The notes under the pieces: generated by a model
What the model was told of the DNA's origin: nothing
What the model saw: the letters and a program-made list of their open reading frames with translations, nothing else
Database searches by the model: none
Program-made: the position numbers and the translations under genes
Part shown: piece by piece, positions 1-17,017 of the stretch
Position numbering within the stretch: position 1 is the first letter of the stretch
How the letters are laid out: each line of letters begins with the position of its first letter
Assembly (NCBI RefSeq): GCF_009914755.1
Contig: NC_060929.1
Length of the DNA: 64,000 nucleotides
DNA from: the human T2T-CHM13v2.0 reference genome, Homo sapiens
Strand: one strand, 5' to 3'

Positions 1-700
1 GATCTGGGGGAAGAAAGAGCCCATTCTTCTAAGTTGCATACACTTTGAGTGTGGCTTCTTTTATGCTTAGCTGGGGATGGGGAGAGAGTGGGCTGTGGCC
101 TAAATGCCACAGGCTCTCACTGCAGTGATTTAGTAAATTTATTTTAATAAGTATTTTTTACACTTGCCATGTGCCTTCAGGACAATTTCCATGAACTTCA
201 AATGATTGGGTAGTTAAATGTAATTATTACTTGTTTGGTTGCTTCACTGGGGAGAAGGTTCAAAGAGTTCTTGAAGCTGCATTCTGAAAGGTACAGCCCC
301 ATTGCTTTTTACTTGCAAGTTTTAATAATTATTTTTGTATACAAATATCAACGTTTCAGAATATTCTTTTTCAGATCTTTTTTACTGAAGTACAATTTCC
401 ATGCAATAAAATTCATAGATCGTAAGTGTTTAGGTCAATGAATTTTGACACTTGTATTATACCTGTATAACGACTGCACAAAATAAGATATAAGTCACTG
501 CCATCACCCTAGAAAGTACCCCTTATACACCTCTTGAAGAAATTGATGGTCCTTGCTTCCATTCTCCCTGCCTTTCCAAAATAAAATACTTTCTTAACTT
601 TATCGCCATCGGTTGGTATGGAAATGGAGGGACTTTTTTGTTCAGCATAATGTTTTTGAGATTTGTCCAAGTTGTTGCATTTGCAGCTATGTTTTAATCC
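1..700 (-). mobile_element. Degraded ancient L1M fragments
   Basis: L1M-like antisense 5' and 3'UTR motifs (e.g. TCAGCATAATGTTTTTGAGATTTGTCCAAGTTGTTGCAT). Confidence 0.5.
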
Positions 701-2229
701 ATGACTTTTTAGATTTATTGGGGAAAATATGAACTTCAGGTTGTTACTTGAAGAACAATAAATCCTTCTTTAACAAGATCATAAATTATTCTTTAGAAAT
801 AAATCAAAAAAATCTATATTTGACTAACGATTCTTACAAAGCATAGCAATTGCTTTGGAAGAAACAGCATCAATATAGAAAAAACATAACAGTTATTGGC
901 ATCAACAAGGCTTAATTCAGACTAAAGCTTGGAAAACACCTAGACTTCACCAAGTGTCTTAATTTAGGATTCAGCTAGGCTACCTAATTTTTCTACACTG
1001 TATTTTAATAAATTGGTGCTACTCAAATGCAATATTGAGCATTAATCTCCACTGTCACTGGAAAACACAGTGCCCTTTAGAGTTTTCAAGGGTACTCATA
1101 CATACACAATTTGAGTACTGATTCCTGTGTCCTGCAGAAAGATACATTTCTTCTATCACTGACTGCAGTCATCTACCCACAAGACTCACTATAAGATATA
1201 TACTTTTTAATACAAACTGCTATAGAAGCACAGAAAACTCCATTTTGCTTAAGTCAACCAAGGACACTTTAAGACCTTCACTACCACTGTAGCATTGGCA
1301 TAAGTAGCTGAAAATGCATTGGTATGATGATGTAAAATATGTCAAGAGTTACAGAGAGGACCATCCGCTTGATATATGTTGTCTTTTAAGTATAAAACTG
1401 TCAAGAACAAGTTGATATAAAACCCAGTGGCTTCAGAATGGTATGCACATGCTATTTCTCATTTTTTAAAGAAGTAGCTAAATATATTTTAAAGCAAGTG
1501 CAGTACTAAGGATTCAGAGTTTAGCTCAGGATTGAATGCTTTATTTAACAAGAGTGGTGAGAGCCATGGTAGAATCACACAATGTGTGACTGCAAAGAAA
1601 GAATATTTTAAATCCCCCATTGTACTGATGAATAAATCAGGTCCATAGAGTCACTTTGCTGGTCAATGGCAGAGTGGGACTACAGTTAAAGTCTCTTGAT
1701 CCTTAATCCTCTGCTTTCGCTATGATAATATATTATATTACATTGAAAATCCTACAATTAATCCTGCTTACAAAGTTTATTTCCTCATTCTTATTCCCTT
1801 TAAAATTGTAATAACTATTTCCTACATTTCTTGGATTAGAGAATTGTAGGTAAAACCCCTCACAAAGGAAAACAAGGAAGAACTTCTTGATGAGCTCAAA
1901 ACTATAAAATTGTGGAATCTTCAGCTCCTTACTATCCCTTCCAGCATGCAGCCTCTCTGCACCGTATGGTTATTTTTATCAGAAATAGCCGTAAGGTGCA
2001 GAGAGGAAACAAAAAAGGGGAGGCAAGAAGAATTATTCTATTCTATAGTTATGCCAGCCAAGGTGTATGTATTAGAACAAGACTCTGGTCTTTACTACAC
2101 TACTGTTACCAAGGCTAAGATCATACTGCTGATTCAATAGTAAAAGCACAGCTTCTTAAGTAAGTGTTTCAGGGCCTCTGAGATTCCAGGTGGACCTAGA
2201 GAATGTGTATAAGGACCTCAAGTCCCAAT

Positions 2230-5200
2230 TTCTTAGTCCGTTTGGGCCATAGACTAAATGGCTTAAACAACAAACATTAGTTTTTCACAATTCTGAAGAC
2301 TGAGAAGTCCAAAATCAGGACACCAGGAGATTGGCTGTCAAATGGCTGATGACTCACTTCCTGATTTGTCAATGGCTGTCTTCTCAATTTTGTTTAATTG
2401 TTCAAAAAACAAACTTTTTGTTTCACTGATCTTCTATATTGTTTTCTTCATTTCAATTTCATGTATTTCTGCTCTGTTCTTTTCTTCTACTAATTTGGGT
2501 TTGATTTGCTTTTACTTTTCTAGTTTTTTAGGATGCATTGTTAAGTTGGAGCTTGTTTATTTGAAGCTTTTCTTCTTTTTTGATGTATGCACTTATAGCT
2601 GTAAACTTCCTCTTAGTACTGTCTGTGCTATATCCCACACGTTTTGGTATGTTGTGTTTCCATTGTCATTTGTTTAAAAAAAATTAATTTTCTTCTTAAT
2701 TTCTTCAGTAACTCATTTAGAAGCATGTTGTTTAATTTGCATGTATTTGCACTGTTTCCAAAATTCCTATTGTTCTTGATTCCTAGGTTTATTGCATCAT
2801 AGCCAGAGAAAATGCTTGATATTGTTTCAATTTTTTTTAATGACTTATGACTTGTTTGTGGCCTAATATATGGTCTATTCTTGAGAACAATCAATGTGCT
2901 GAGGAAAAGAATATGTATTCTGCAGCCATTGGATGAAAAGTTCTGTAAATATCTATTAGGTCCACTTGGTCTATAGTGCAATTTAAGTCTGATGTTTCTT
3001 TGTTGATTTTCTGTCTGGAAGATCTGTCCGATGCTGAAAGTGACGTGCTGCAGTCTCAAGTTATTACTGAATTGAGGTCTCTCTCTTTAGCTCTAATAAT
3101 ACTTGCTTTATATATTTGGGTGCTCCAATGCTGGGTGCGTATATATTTAAAATTATCATATTCTCTTGCTAAATTGACCTCTGTATCATTATATGGTGAC
3201 CTTCTTTGTCTCTTCTTGAAATCTATTTTGTCTTGAAATCTATTTTGTCTAATAAAAGTATAGTGACTCCTGCCCTTTTTTTGGTTTCTCTTTCCACCCT
3301 ATTATATTCAGTGTATGCGAGTCTTCATAGGCAGTGTGTTTTCTGTAGGCAACAAATTACTGAGTCTTGTTTTTCAATCCCTCCAGCCAGTCTACGCATG
3401 AATTGCTTCATTGTTTAGTCTTTCTACATAAAAGTCCACACCACAGTCACAGTATTATAATATTCTGTGTTTTTCACGTATGTACTATTACTAGTGAGTT
3501 CTGTACCTTCAAATGCTTCTTTATTGCTCATTAATATTCTTTTCTTTCTGAATGAAGTACTCGTTTTAACATTTCTTGTAGGACAGGTCTGCTGTTAATG
3601 AAAACCCTCATCTTTTGTTTCTCAAGGGAAGTGTGCATTTCCCCCTCATGCTTGAAGGACATTTCCAAGAGATATACTATTCTAGGGTAAGAGTTATTTT
3701 CCATCATCACTTTAAACATGTCTTTCCTCTCTCTCTTAGCCTGTAACGTTTCCACTGAAAAGCAGACATATTGGAGCTTCACTGTATATTGTTTGTTTCT
3801 TTTCTCTTGCTCCTTTTAGGATCCTTTCTTTATCCTTGACCTTTGGAGGTTTGATTATTAATACCTTGAGGTAGTTTACTTCTTTGTGTTCTATACCCTT
3901 CTTGTACTTGGATATTAATATCTTTCCCTAGGGTTAAGGAAATCTTTGTTTTTATCCCTTTGAATAAACTTTCTGTCCCTATCTCTCTCTCTACCTCTTC
4001 TTTAAGGCCAGATCTTAGATTTGCCCTTTTGAGGCTACTTTCTAGATCCTGGAGGCATGTTCTATTGTTTTTTATTCTTTTTTTCTTTTGTCTCCTCTGA
4101 CTGAACATATTCAACTAGCTTGTCTTCAAGCTCACTGATTCTTTCTTCTGCTTGATGAACTCTGCTATTCAAAACTGATGCATTCTTCAGTATGTCAATT
4201 GCATTTTTCAGCTCCAGAATTTCTACTTGATTCTTTTTATTTCAATCTCTTTAATGAATTTATCTGATAGAATTCTGAATTCCTTCCCTGTGTTATCTTG
4301 AATTACTTTGAGTTTCCTCAACAGAGCTACTGGAATTCGCTGTCTGGCAGGTCACATATCTCTCTGTTTCTCCAAGATTGGTCCCTGATGCCTTAGTTCA
4401 TTCAGTATATTTGGTGAGGTCACGTTTTCCTGGATGGTTTGATACTTGCTGAAGCCAGTAAGTCTCAGTTCATCTGTCTCTGAGCATTAAAGAGTTAGGT
4501 ATTTATTTTAGTTTTTGCACTCTGGGCTTGTTTGTACCTGTCCTTCTGGGGAAGGCTTTCCAGATATTTGAAAGGACATGTATGTTGTGATCTTAGCTGG
4601 ATCTGCTTTACAGAGCTCCTCAAACCCAGTAACACTATGGTTATTGCAGATTCATAGAGATACTGACTTGAAGGTCTTGGGCAAGGTCCAGAATTCTCTA
4701 GGTTGTCAGGCAGAGACTCTTTTCTCTTTCTTTATGTTCTGTCAAACAACTGGAATCTCTCATTCTCTGTTCTGACCATCTAAAGCTAAGGGTGGGATGA
4801 CACAAGTATTACTGTGGCCACCACTAGTACTGTGCTGGGTCAGACCTGAAGGCAGCACAGCACTGGGTCTCACACAAGACCTGCTGTAACCACTCCCAGG
4901 CTACTGCCTATGTTCACTGAAAGCCCTGGGGCTCTACAACCAGCAGATGGCAAAGCCAGCCAGCTGGTGTTCTTATCTATTGGGAAGCAAGTCTCCTTAA
5001 GCCTCAGGGAGACCCTGAAATGCCATCCAGGAGCCAGGGACTAGAGTCAAAACTTTGAAAATCTACTTAGTGTTCCACTGTTCTGCAGCTGACCTGGGCA
5101 CTCAAACCACGAGATACAGTATGTCCCACTATTCTCTCCTCTTTACAAAGGCAGAAGAGCCTCACCCTGTGGCCACCACCACAGGCCCAGTGAGAGTACT

Positions 5201-6700
5201 GCCAGACTACTCCTGGTGTTCCCTTAAGGTCGAAGTGTCCTTCATTCAGCTTGTGGTGAATACTGCCTGACTTGGGGCTCACCCTTGAGAGCAATGGGCT
5301 CCCCTCTGGCCCAGGGTAGGTCCAGAAATGCCATCCAAGAGGCACGTTCTAGAATCAGGGACCCCAAGAGCCCACTTAGTGCTCTACCCACCTGTGGCTG
5401 TGCTGGTACATAAGGTGTAAGACAAAATCCCCTTTACTTTCCCCTCCACTTTTCTCAAGCAGAAGGAGACTCATCACATAGCAATCACAGCTGGTGATGT
5501 GCTAAGTCTCGACAGAAGCCAGCAAGCCTCAGTGTCTCACCTAAAGCTCTCAATGTAGTATCTGAATATTGCTGCTGGTCATTCAGGGCCTGTGGGCTCC
5601 TCAGTTAGCTCATTAGACAATGAATGCTGTCAGGATTCAGGCCTTCCCTTCAAGATAGCGGATTCCTTTGTGGCCCAGGCTGTGTCTAGAAATGTTTTCC
5701 AGGAGCTAGGTCCTGGAAAGGTAGCCTCACAACACTGACCAGTACCGTATCCTGCTGTAGCTAAGCTTGTATCCAAGACGCAAGACAAGTCCTCCCCATT
5801 CTTCCTTCCCCACCCCTCAAGCAGAAGGAAGGGATCTCTTTTAGAGCCCTGACCTTTGCAGCCTGGAGTTAGGGGAGGGGTGATGCCAGCACTCCCTTAG
5901 CCACCCTGCTGTTGTCTCAGTGGGTCACTTAGTGCCCCAGTTCAGTCTCTCACCCAGTTTAGCACTAGAACTCACCTAGGAGTTGCCGTCTTTGTGGCCT
6001 GGACTGTATTTCAAGTTCATTTTGATCCCCAGAGCCCTTTAGTCCACAGCAGCGAGGCTTGTGGATAGTCAAGTTCCAGCCGCTGGGATAGATGAGTTCC
6101 CTCTGGCTAGGGCTGGCTTAAATGCTCCCTTTGTAGGCAGGTGTCAGCTGAGTGTGGTCCAGTTTTACTTTCTGTTATAAAAGGGCAGCACTGAGTTTAA
6201 TACCTCACCATCAATGTGCTTTCTCTTTCCCCAGGGCCTGCACCAGGCCCTCACTGCCAGTGGGTTGGGGAGGGGTGGACTTGGTGATTCACAGCTTTTT
6301 TGCTACCTCTTTAGTGCCTCTTTCAGTGATATGAAGTTAAAACCAGGTACTATGAGTGATAACTGATTTTTGGTTCTTATGAAGGTGGTTTTTTGTGTGT
6401 AGATAGTTGTTAAATTGTGTCCTTGAGGGGCAGACCATCGGTGGAGTCTTCTATTGTGCCATTTTGCTCTTCCCCTAGTCCCCCGATGGCTGTCTTCTCA
6501 TTGTATCCTCACGTGGCATGAGCCAAAGAAAGATCCTGATATCCTGTGTCTCCACTTCTCTTTTTAGGGACATTTATCCCATGCATGATGGTCCTACCTT
6601 CAAGACCTAATTATTTCCCAAAGTCTCCACCTCCAAAAAGCATTACTTTGGGGATTGGACGTCAACATATAAATTTTAGGGGGGGCACAAATATTATATC
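2230..6700 (-). mobile_element. MLT1-type MaLR LTR split by the old L1 (parts ~2230-2386 and 6486-6700)
   Basis: TCTTAGTCCGTTTGGGC...GGCTTAAACAACAAACATT...GAAGTCCAAAATCAGG and ...GACCTAATTATTTCCCAAAG...TCAACATATAAATTT. Confidence 0.75.
2387..6485 (-). mobile_element. Old L1 (L1M1/L1PB-like): 5' end, 5'UTR, ORF1 and ORF2 N-terminal part; 3'-truncated
   Basis: Minus-strand start GGGGAAGAGCAAAATGGCACAATAGAAG at ~6475; ORF1-like peptides (3531..3782, 3830..4114); ends at the FFE.INKI-coding region. TSD ATGGCTGTCTTCTCA at 2372-2386 and 6486-6500. Confidence 0.85.
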
Positions 6701-6777
6701 CATACCACCCAGACAGGGGACTTAATATTTTACTGTGGTGTTTTTTGTTTCTGTTTTCGTTTGCCTTCTTGATAGCA

Positions 6778-6860
6778 TTAGGTTGGTGCAAAAATAAAAT
6801 TACAGTTTTAACCATTACTTTTTAATGGCAAAAACCGCAATTACTTTTGCACCAATCTAA
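6778..6860. mobile_element. MADE1 (Hsmar1-derived MITE)
   Basis: Terminal inverted repeats TTAGGTTGGTGCAAAA / TTTTGCACCAATCTAA, ~80 bp, followed by TA. Confidence 0.9.
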
Positions 6861-9154
6861 TAGTTACCATCTCACAAAGGCATGTTATTTATCAATGTGA
6901 TTTTCTACATTGATGTGTTGTCAAGCCCCTGAGTTTTAACTTGAATTCCTAGTTTTTAATGAGCTCTGAGTTCACATTACCTGTGTAGCATTCACTTCTT
7001 AGACTGAGAGTAATGAATTGTTATCAACTAGGAACTCATATTACAAATCTACTATTATACTACAATCAATGCCACATTTAAGGAATACAACAAAGTCATC
7101 TACTTTGTCATTGAGAAATTCAACTTCAATAAATCATTACACTTTAATCTGAAGACTTCATAATGTATAAAAACTATGGCTTATATACCTTACAAACAGG
7201 TTGTCAAATTTTCTAGGGCAAAAAGCTTATTCATCTTCTTAGTAGATATGGGCATCTATTCCAGAGTCAGAGCTGGAGCTACAAATTGCCACAGGAAGTT
7301 ATAAGCCAGAGGCAAACCAAGTCTGTTGAAACAATCCAAGGATACAGATCTGTCCCATTACCCATAACTGGCTTCACAAAATGATTTAGACATAACAAAA
7401 GAATCACAGAAAATGAAAGGCTGTCAGAATAGAACCTTACAAGATTGGAAGGTAAAAACAAATAATATTAACAACAAGAACATAAAACAATATAGAAGAT
7501 AAATGTCTCTCAGGCATTCAATATGACCAAAATGAAATTTTTAAGTCAATGAGAAAATAAATTTTGTTTTATAGTATTTTCTAGAATAGATTGAGTCAAC
7601 CACTGTAAACTCCATTTTAAAGAAAGAAGGGAGACAAGTTATCTTTAAAGCTTATTTTATAATGTTAGAGTTTTATTTTTGTGCTTCTCTTTAGCACTTA
7701 ATTTTCTATATTTGTCTAAAAAAACAATGCCTTCACATAGGTCCATCTGATTTGACAGCATAATCTTTGTCGCTATAACTATCAAGTTGAACTTGATTTT
7801 ATCACTTAGGTGGAAATTGGTTAGCTAATGGAAAAAAATGCTTCAAAATTGTGTCAAGATAATTCCCGAGAAAAGTCATTTAATGATGCAAGATTTGACA
7901 TCAACTCTTCACTTTGCAGAATATACAAATTACCTTCCAAGACACCAAGCATTCTGTCTTTATTTTTTGGTTGATTGATTCATTTTTGGCTTTGTTTTGC
8001 TTTACTAGCTATTATCTTATTAGTCTGTTTTAGAAACCTGGCCATTAATATAAGAACTAGCAAAGACAAACCCTTGGTGATAGGAAAATCAATGACATTT
8101 GAATGTCCTTATAAAATGAATTGCAAAATAAATGAATGTCCTTATAAAAAAAGAATGGCACAATTTTTAAACTATTTTTTTAAATAACAGCTTATACTTT
8201 TAAAATGAAATTACAGTCTGCTTTAATCCAACCTGCTGATGTGATAGTCAAATATAAAGGTTACTGGAAATTCCAAAGAACTTGCAGAGAAAACACTATG
8301 GAGTTTCTTTTGCTTTTTCAATTTTAGCTCTTTGTTTATGTCTATATTTTAGGATCATGAAAGTTTGCACAGAAAATTAAAAGCACCTCACATTTAAATG
8401 ATACATTTTCCTAATTGCATATCCATATCCAGTTAGGTATGCATATGCTGTACTACCTAAAATTCAATAAAAAATAGTGAATACAAAAGGACCTTATTAA
8501 TCAACTAAGAATTCAAGAATTATTTAAATAAAAGCTGCTCTTTACTTCCAAATCTCTGCAGCAGGAAGCCTCAGAAAATGAAGAAAACTAGCAAATAATA
8601 CTAAATGATGCTGAACACAGTACTGTTCGCATGATACAAGATGGCCGATTAGAAGCAGCTATGGTCCGTGGCACTCATGAAGGGGAATGAAAACGGGCAA
8701 GTGAATTCAGCACTTTCTTTTTTTTTTTAAATATAGATATAGACTGAGAATTCACTGCTAGCACACCTGCATTGAAATAAACACTAGAGAAAGTTTTTCA
8801 GGATGAAAGGAGATGATATTAGATGGTAACAAGAAAAATATCAGGAATTATAAACATATTAGTCAATATAAAATATGATATGTGTATGTATATATTCATA
8901 TATGTGTGTACATATACATATATATCCCTTTATTTTTATATACATATTTCTTAGTATACTTTAAGTTCTAGGGTATATGTACACAACGTGCAGGTTTGTT
9001 ACATATGTACACATGTGCCATGTTGGTGTGCTGCGCCCATTAACTCGTCATTTACATTAGGTATATCTCCTAATGCTATCCCTTCCCCCACCCCCCACCA
9101 CAACAGGCCCCAGTGTGTGATGTTCCCCTTCCTGTGTCCAAGTGTTCTCATTGT

Positions 9155-12750
<3,596 letters not shown>

Positions 12751-13533
12751 TGAAATATCCAGGTTCTCACACTGGGACTGACCAGGTAAACAACTTGACC
12801 CACAGAGAATGAATAGAAGCAGCAGGAGGTGGAGGGGGTGGAGCAGCAGGGTGCAACCAGCCAAGGAAAGCCGTGAGTGATTGTGCGGCCCCACTGGGGA
12901 AACCGCGCTTCTTCCATGGATCTTTGCAACCCGTGGATCAGGAGATCCCCTAGTGAGGCCACGCCAACAGGGCTATGGGTCTGATACACAGATCTGAGTG
13001 GAGTCTCTGCAGAGCAGCTGCTTAGGGTCACACAGAGAACCAGGAGTTTCACATATTCTGGCCCTGGGATCCCCGGCAAGGCAGGAGATCCACCTGTACA
13101 TATTCCTAGGAAGGATTACACTCTCTTACTTTAGTGTTGGTGACAAAGGAAAAATGGTTTTTCATCTTGAAGGAAAGATGGCTTTATGTAAAGTTACATG
13201 CAGTGCTGTGTTGGAAATTGTTTACCAACCAGCAATTCACGGTGGAGAAGAGTGCTCTGATTCGTAGCATTTGTTAGTTTCCATGAAATGAATGTTCCCA
13301 CCATGACCAAGTTTAAGCTAGTAACATGACTTCCCTGAGTGAGAATTGGGGAACAGATAAGCAATATTGTGCTATTACATGGCATTTCCACCATATAAAT
13401 TTAATAGATATCAATAACTTAAAGAGCACAGATCATAATAAAATATAATAAAATGATTAAGAAGTAATGAGGTTTGAAATATTTATTAATTTTGCTATTA
13501 TATAATTTATGGTTAATTTTATATTATCTAATA

Positions 13534-13607
13534 TTTTTGGAGACAGGGTCTCACTCTGCCACCCAGGCTAGAGTGCACTGGCACAATCAAGGCTCACTGC
13601 AGCCTCG
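13534..13607 (-). mobile_element. Alu (J/FLAM-like) 3' fragment
   Basis: GAGACAGGGTCTCACTCTG...GGCTCACTGCAGCCTC. Confidence 0.8.
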
Positions 13608-14243
13608 GGTTCCAGAGGAGGTCCATTATTCAAAAGAGAGAAGAAAATGCATGATGAGCAAATTAAAATGCAACACTAGAGATGATTATATGTATTTTTA
13701 AAAATCTCCCCTCTCTCTGCTTTCTGCTAGTTTGTACTGTCAGTCCTTCTTTTTTTTTTTTTTACCCTTATCATATTTCACCTTTCTTACATTTTAACCT
13801 TGATAGAAGGTAGTACCTGGGAGTGAACTATAATTTTTAGTAAGAATAAGCATACCAATAAATTTTTCTTCTCCAGATAAAATGGAGTTTGACTTCATCT
13901 TCTGCCTTACCTGTTATCAACTGTTTTTTGTTTTCTGTACCAATAACCGACAGCTTATGCAGAAATAAACTTAGAAACATTATTGAATGTAATTGCAGTG
14001 TATGAGTCACTTAATTGGAAATTTGTTTTCTCCACAATCTGGAGAATTTCAAACACAGAGATAAGGCTGTCAGAAACAATTAATGTTCTTTCTCTCCCTT
14101 TCCCTAATTGCTACACTGCTACTTCTGATTCCATATTAATGTGGCATTATTGTTGGAAAGTTGTCATTTTTGTCATCACTGGTGGTGCCAATGCCTTTTT
14201 GCCTTTTTTCATGGTGGATCAGTAAAAAGTACACTGGAATGCC

Positions 14244-14562
14244 CTTTTCTTCTTTTCTTTCTTTCTTTTTTTTTTTTTTTTTTGAGACAAGAGTCTCACT
14301 CTGTCACCCAAGCTGGAGTGCAGTGGTGTGATCTCGGCTCACTGTAACCTCCACCTCCCAGGTTCAAGCTATTCTCATGCCTCAGCCTGTAGCTGAGATT
14401 ATAGGCACGCTACCATGCTCAGCCAATCTTTTTTGTATTTTTAGTAAAGACAGGATTTTGCCCTGTTGACCAGGCTGGTCTCAAACTCTTAGCCTGAAGT
14501 GATCCACCCTCCTTAGCCTTTGAAACTGCTGGGATTACAGGCATGAACCACTGCACCCAGCC
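14244..14562 (-). mobile_element. Alu (S/J), full length
   Basis: T-rich tail, dimeric Alu, flanking CTGGAATGCC repeat. Confidence 0.9.
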
Positions 14563-15332
14563 TATCCTGGAATGCCTTCTACTCAGTTGTAATCAAAAAA
14601 GTGAAGTGACATCTTTTATAATCCAATTGACCTAGCTACTTAGTTTAGCAGATTCTTAATGATACAGCCATTGACAAGATTGAATTGATTATACAATTTT
14701 AGACTTGTTTCTCAATATTACATCATAATGCCTATAGCAACTATAATTAATGATACTCATAATTATGTTAGAAAAAAATGCAATTCTACTAGATTGTATT
14801 ACATACAAGACAATTACAATGTGTATTAAAAGTGTTACTTTGAATAATGTATATAAAATCGTATCAATTACATAATAGTGATTAGCATTTCATTTTTAAT
14901 AACCTTTATTTTATTTTTGAATAATTTCAAATTTTCAAAAAAGTTGCAATATAGAGAGAATTCATAGGTGCCTCTCATGCAGTTGCATGACTTTCTCCCA
15001 TAGACTAGGGCTCAGAGTTGGAGAGTTCAATACAAATGTACTCAATGAGGATGACAGAATCCTAAAACAAGAGAGAACACGTGGTCCCGCTAAGCCTTCA
15101 GAAAGCAGGGGGACTTATTCTACAAAATGGCAAAGTCAGGAGTGGATAATGAGGCAAAGAAACTAACCTGAAGATAATTAATGTAATCAATTGTCCCTCC
15201 AAAATTGGGAGACAACAAGGGTATAAATCTATTTGCACCACAAAAAGAAGTCAAAGGTTGATGATCACAAGGCCAAAAACAGTTTTCCCAGTAAAAAGAT
15301 ATTGCCCAGTTTTCATCACACAGTTTTTAGAC

Positions 15333-15687
15333 TGATATGGTTTGGCTGTGTCCCTTCCCAAATCTCAACTTGAATTGTATCTCCCAGAATTCCCAAGTGT
15401 TGTGGCAGGGACCCCAGGTGGATGTAATTGATTCATGGGGGCCAGTCTTCCCTGTGCTATTTTCACGGTAGTGAATGAGTCTCATGAGATCTGATGGGTT
15501 TATCAGGGGTTTCTGCTTTTGCTTCTTCCTCATTTTCTCTTGCTTCCGCCATGTAAGAAGTGCCTTTTGCCTCCCACCATGATTCTAAGGCCTCCCCAGC
15601 CATGAGGAACTGTAAGTCCAATTAAACTTCTTTTTCTTGCCAGTCTCGGGTATGTCTTTATCAGCAGTGTGAAAACAGACTAATACA
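15333..15687 (+). mobile_element. THE1 (THE1A-like) MaLR solo LTR
   Basis: TGATATGGTTTGGCTGTGTCCC...ACAGACTAATACA with 5-bp TSD TAGAC (15328-15332, 15688-15692). Confidence 0.92.
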
Positions 15688-16556
15688 TAGACTTAGACCC
15701 ATTTTTTGAAGAAAAGACCAGTTCCTCAGGAGGAAGCTAACCAAACCATTTTAAAATATATAGTGTAGTAATTTTCCCCAATCCTTCCCCAAAGAGATGG
15801 ATAACCATTTACTCAAGGAACTGTGTGCTTAGAGAAGATAAACATGCAAAAATTTTGAGAAACATTGAATACAAGATTCAAACTGATATTTATATTGAAT
15901 GCACACAATGTTCAGATCTTGCTCTAGAAAGTCTCTGCTTTTAACTATTACCCTTTATGGTCCCTTGCCAAATGAAGAAAGCAATGTCCCTCTTCTCCCT
16001 CTTTTTCTGCCTTTTTTTCTTCTCTTGTTTTCTCTCCTTCCCAAGAAATGCCTTTCTCTGGCATCTTGCTATTATTCTATTTTACCTTAGATTAAATAGA
16101 TGTGTGCATAGGTAGGGTAATTAGCAGTCTTGAGTAGTGACCTTGGTTAAAGTACTGTGCTGGGTCTTTCATAAACATTTGATTATTTAAGTCTCATATT
16201 AACTTATTCAGGTGGGGATTATTTCCTCCACTGCATAAAGTACTGTATAGAATGGTGGTTAATAGTTGAGACCCTCTGCAACCCGGCTGCCTGGGCTTAA
16301 ATCACAGCACTGTAGCTTCTTGACCTTGTGGAAATAATGGCTCCAAAGATCATACATTTTTTCATTCATTATTTACATTCTCTCAATTTTTCTTTTTAAA
16401 ATATGTGAACCATTCTAAGTGATTCACTATTAACAAGGTAGAATGAAAAGGTGTCCTTTCATTGCTTTCCCCAGACCCTTGGCAAACAGACTTTTGGCAA
16501 AACAATAGCAAAAGGTGTTCCTCATAGTAAAAGCATACTGTCTTTCTTGGTTCAAA

Positions 16557-17017
16557 GTGTATGAAAGGCAGAAAAATGACCCCCAAAGATGTTGCAGTCC
16601 TAATATCCAGCAACTGTGAATATGTGACCTTACATATTCACTTTTGCCGATACGATTAATGGTACGGGCCTTGAGAGATTATCCTGGATTATCTAGGTGA
16701 ATCCAATCTAATCACTTGTGTCCTTAAAAGCAGAGAACATTCTCTGTCTGGGTCAGAGAGATGAGACATTGCTAGCTTCCAAGATGCAGAAAGAGAACAC
16801 AAGCTATGAATGCAGTTTGCCTCTAGAAGCTGGAAAAGGCAAGAAAATAAGTTTTCCCCCAGAACCTCCAAAACGAAAGCAGCTCTGCTGATACCTTGAT
16901 TTTAGTCTAGTGAGACCCATGTTGGATTTCTAGCTTATAGAAGCACAAGTAATTTGTGCTGTTTTGAATCACTAAATGTGTGCTAATTTTTTACAGCAGC
17001 AGTTGAAAAATGATGCA
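16557..17017 (+). mobile_element. MLT1-type MaLR LTR
   Basis: CCCCCAAAGATGTT...GAGATTATCCTGGATTATC...CTAGAAGCTGGAAAAGGCAAG...TTTTACAGCAGC. Confidence 0.8.

Noticed and set aside
3214-3250. 17-bp tandem duplication TCTTGAAATCTATTTTG
   Set aside because: Ordinary slippage inside a dead L1.
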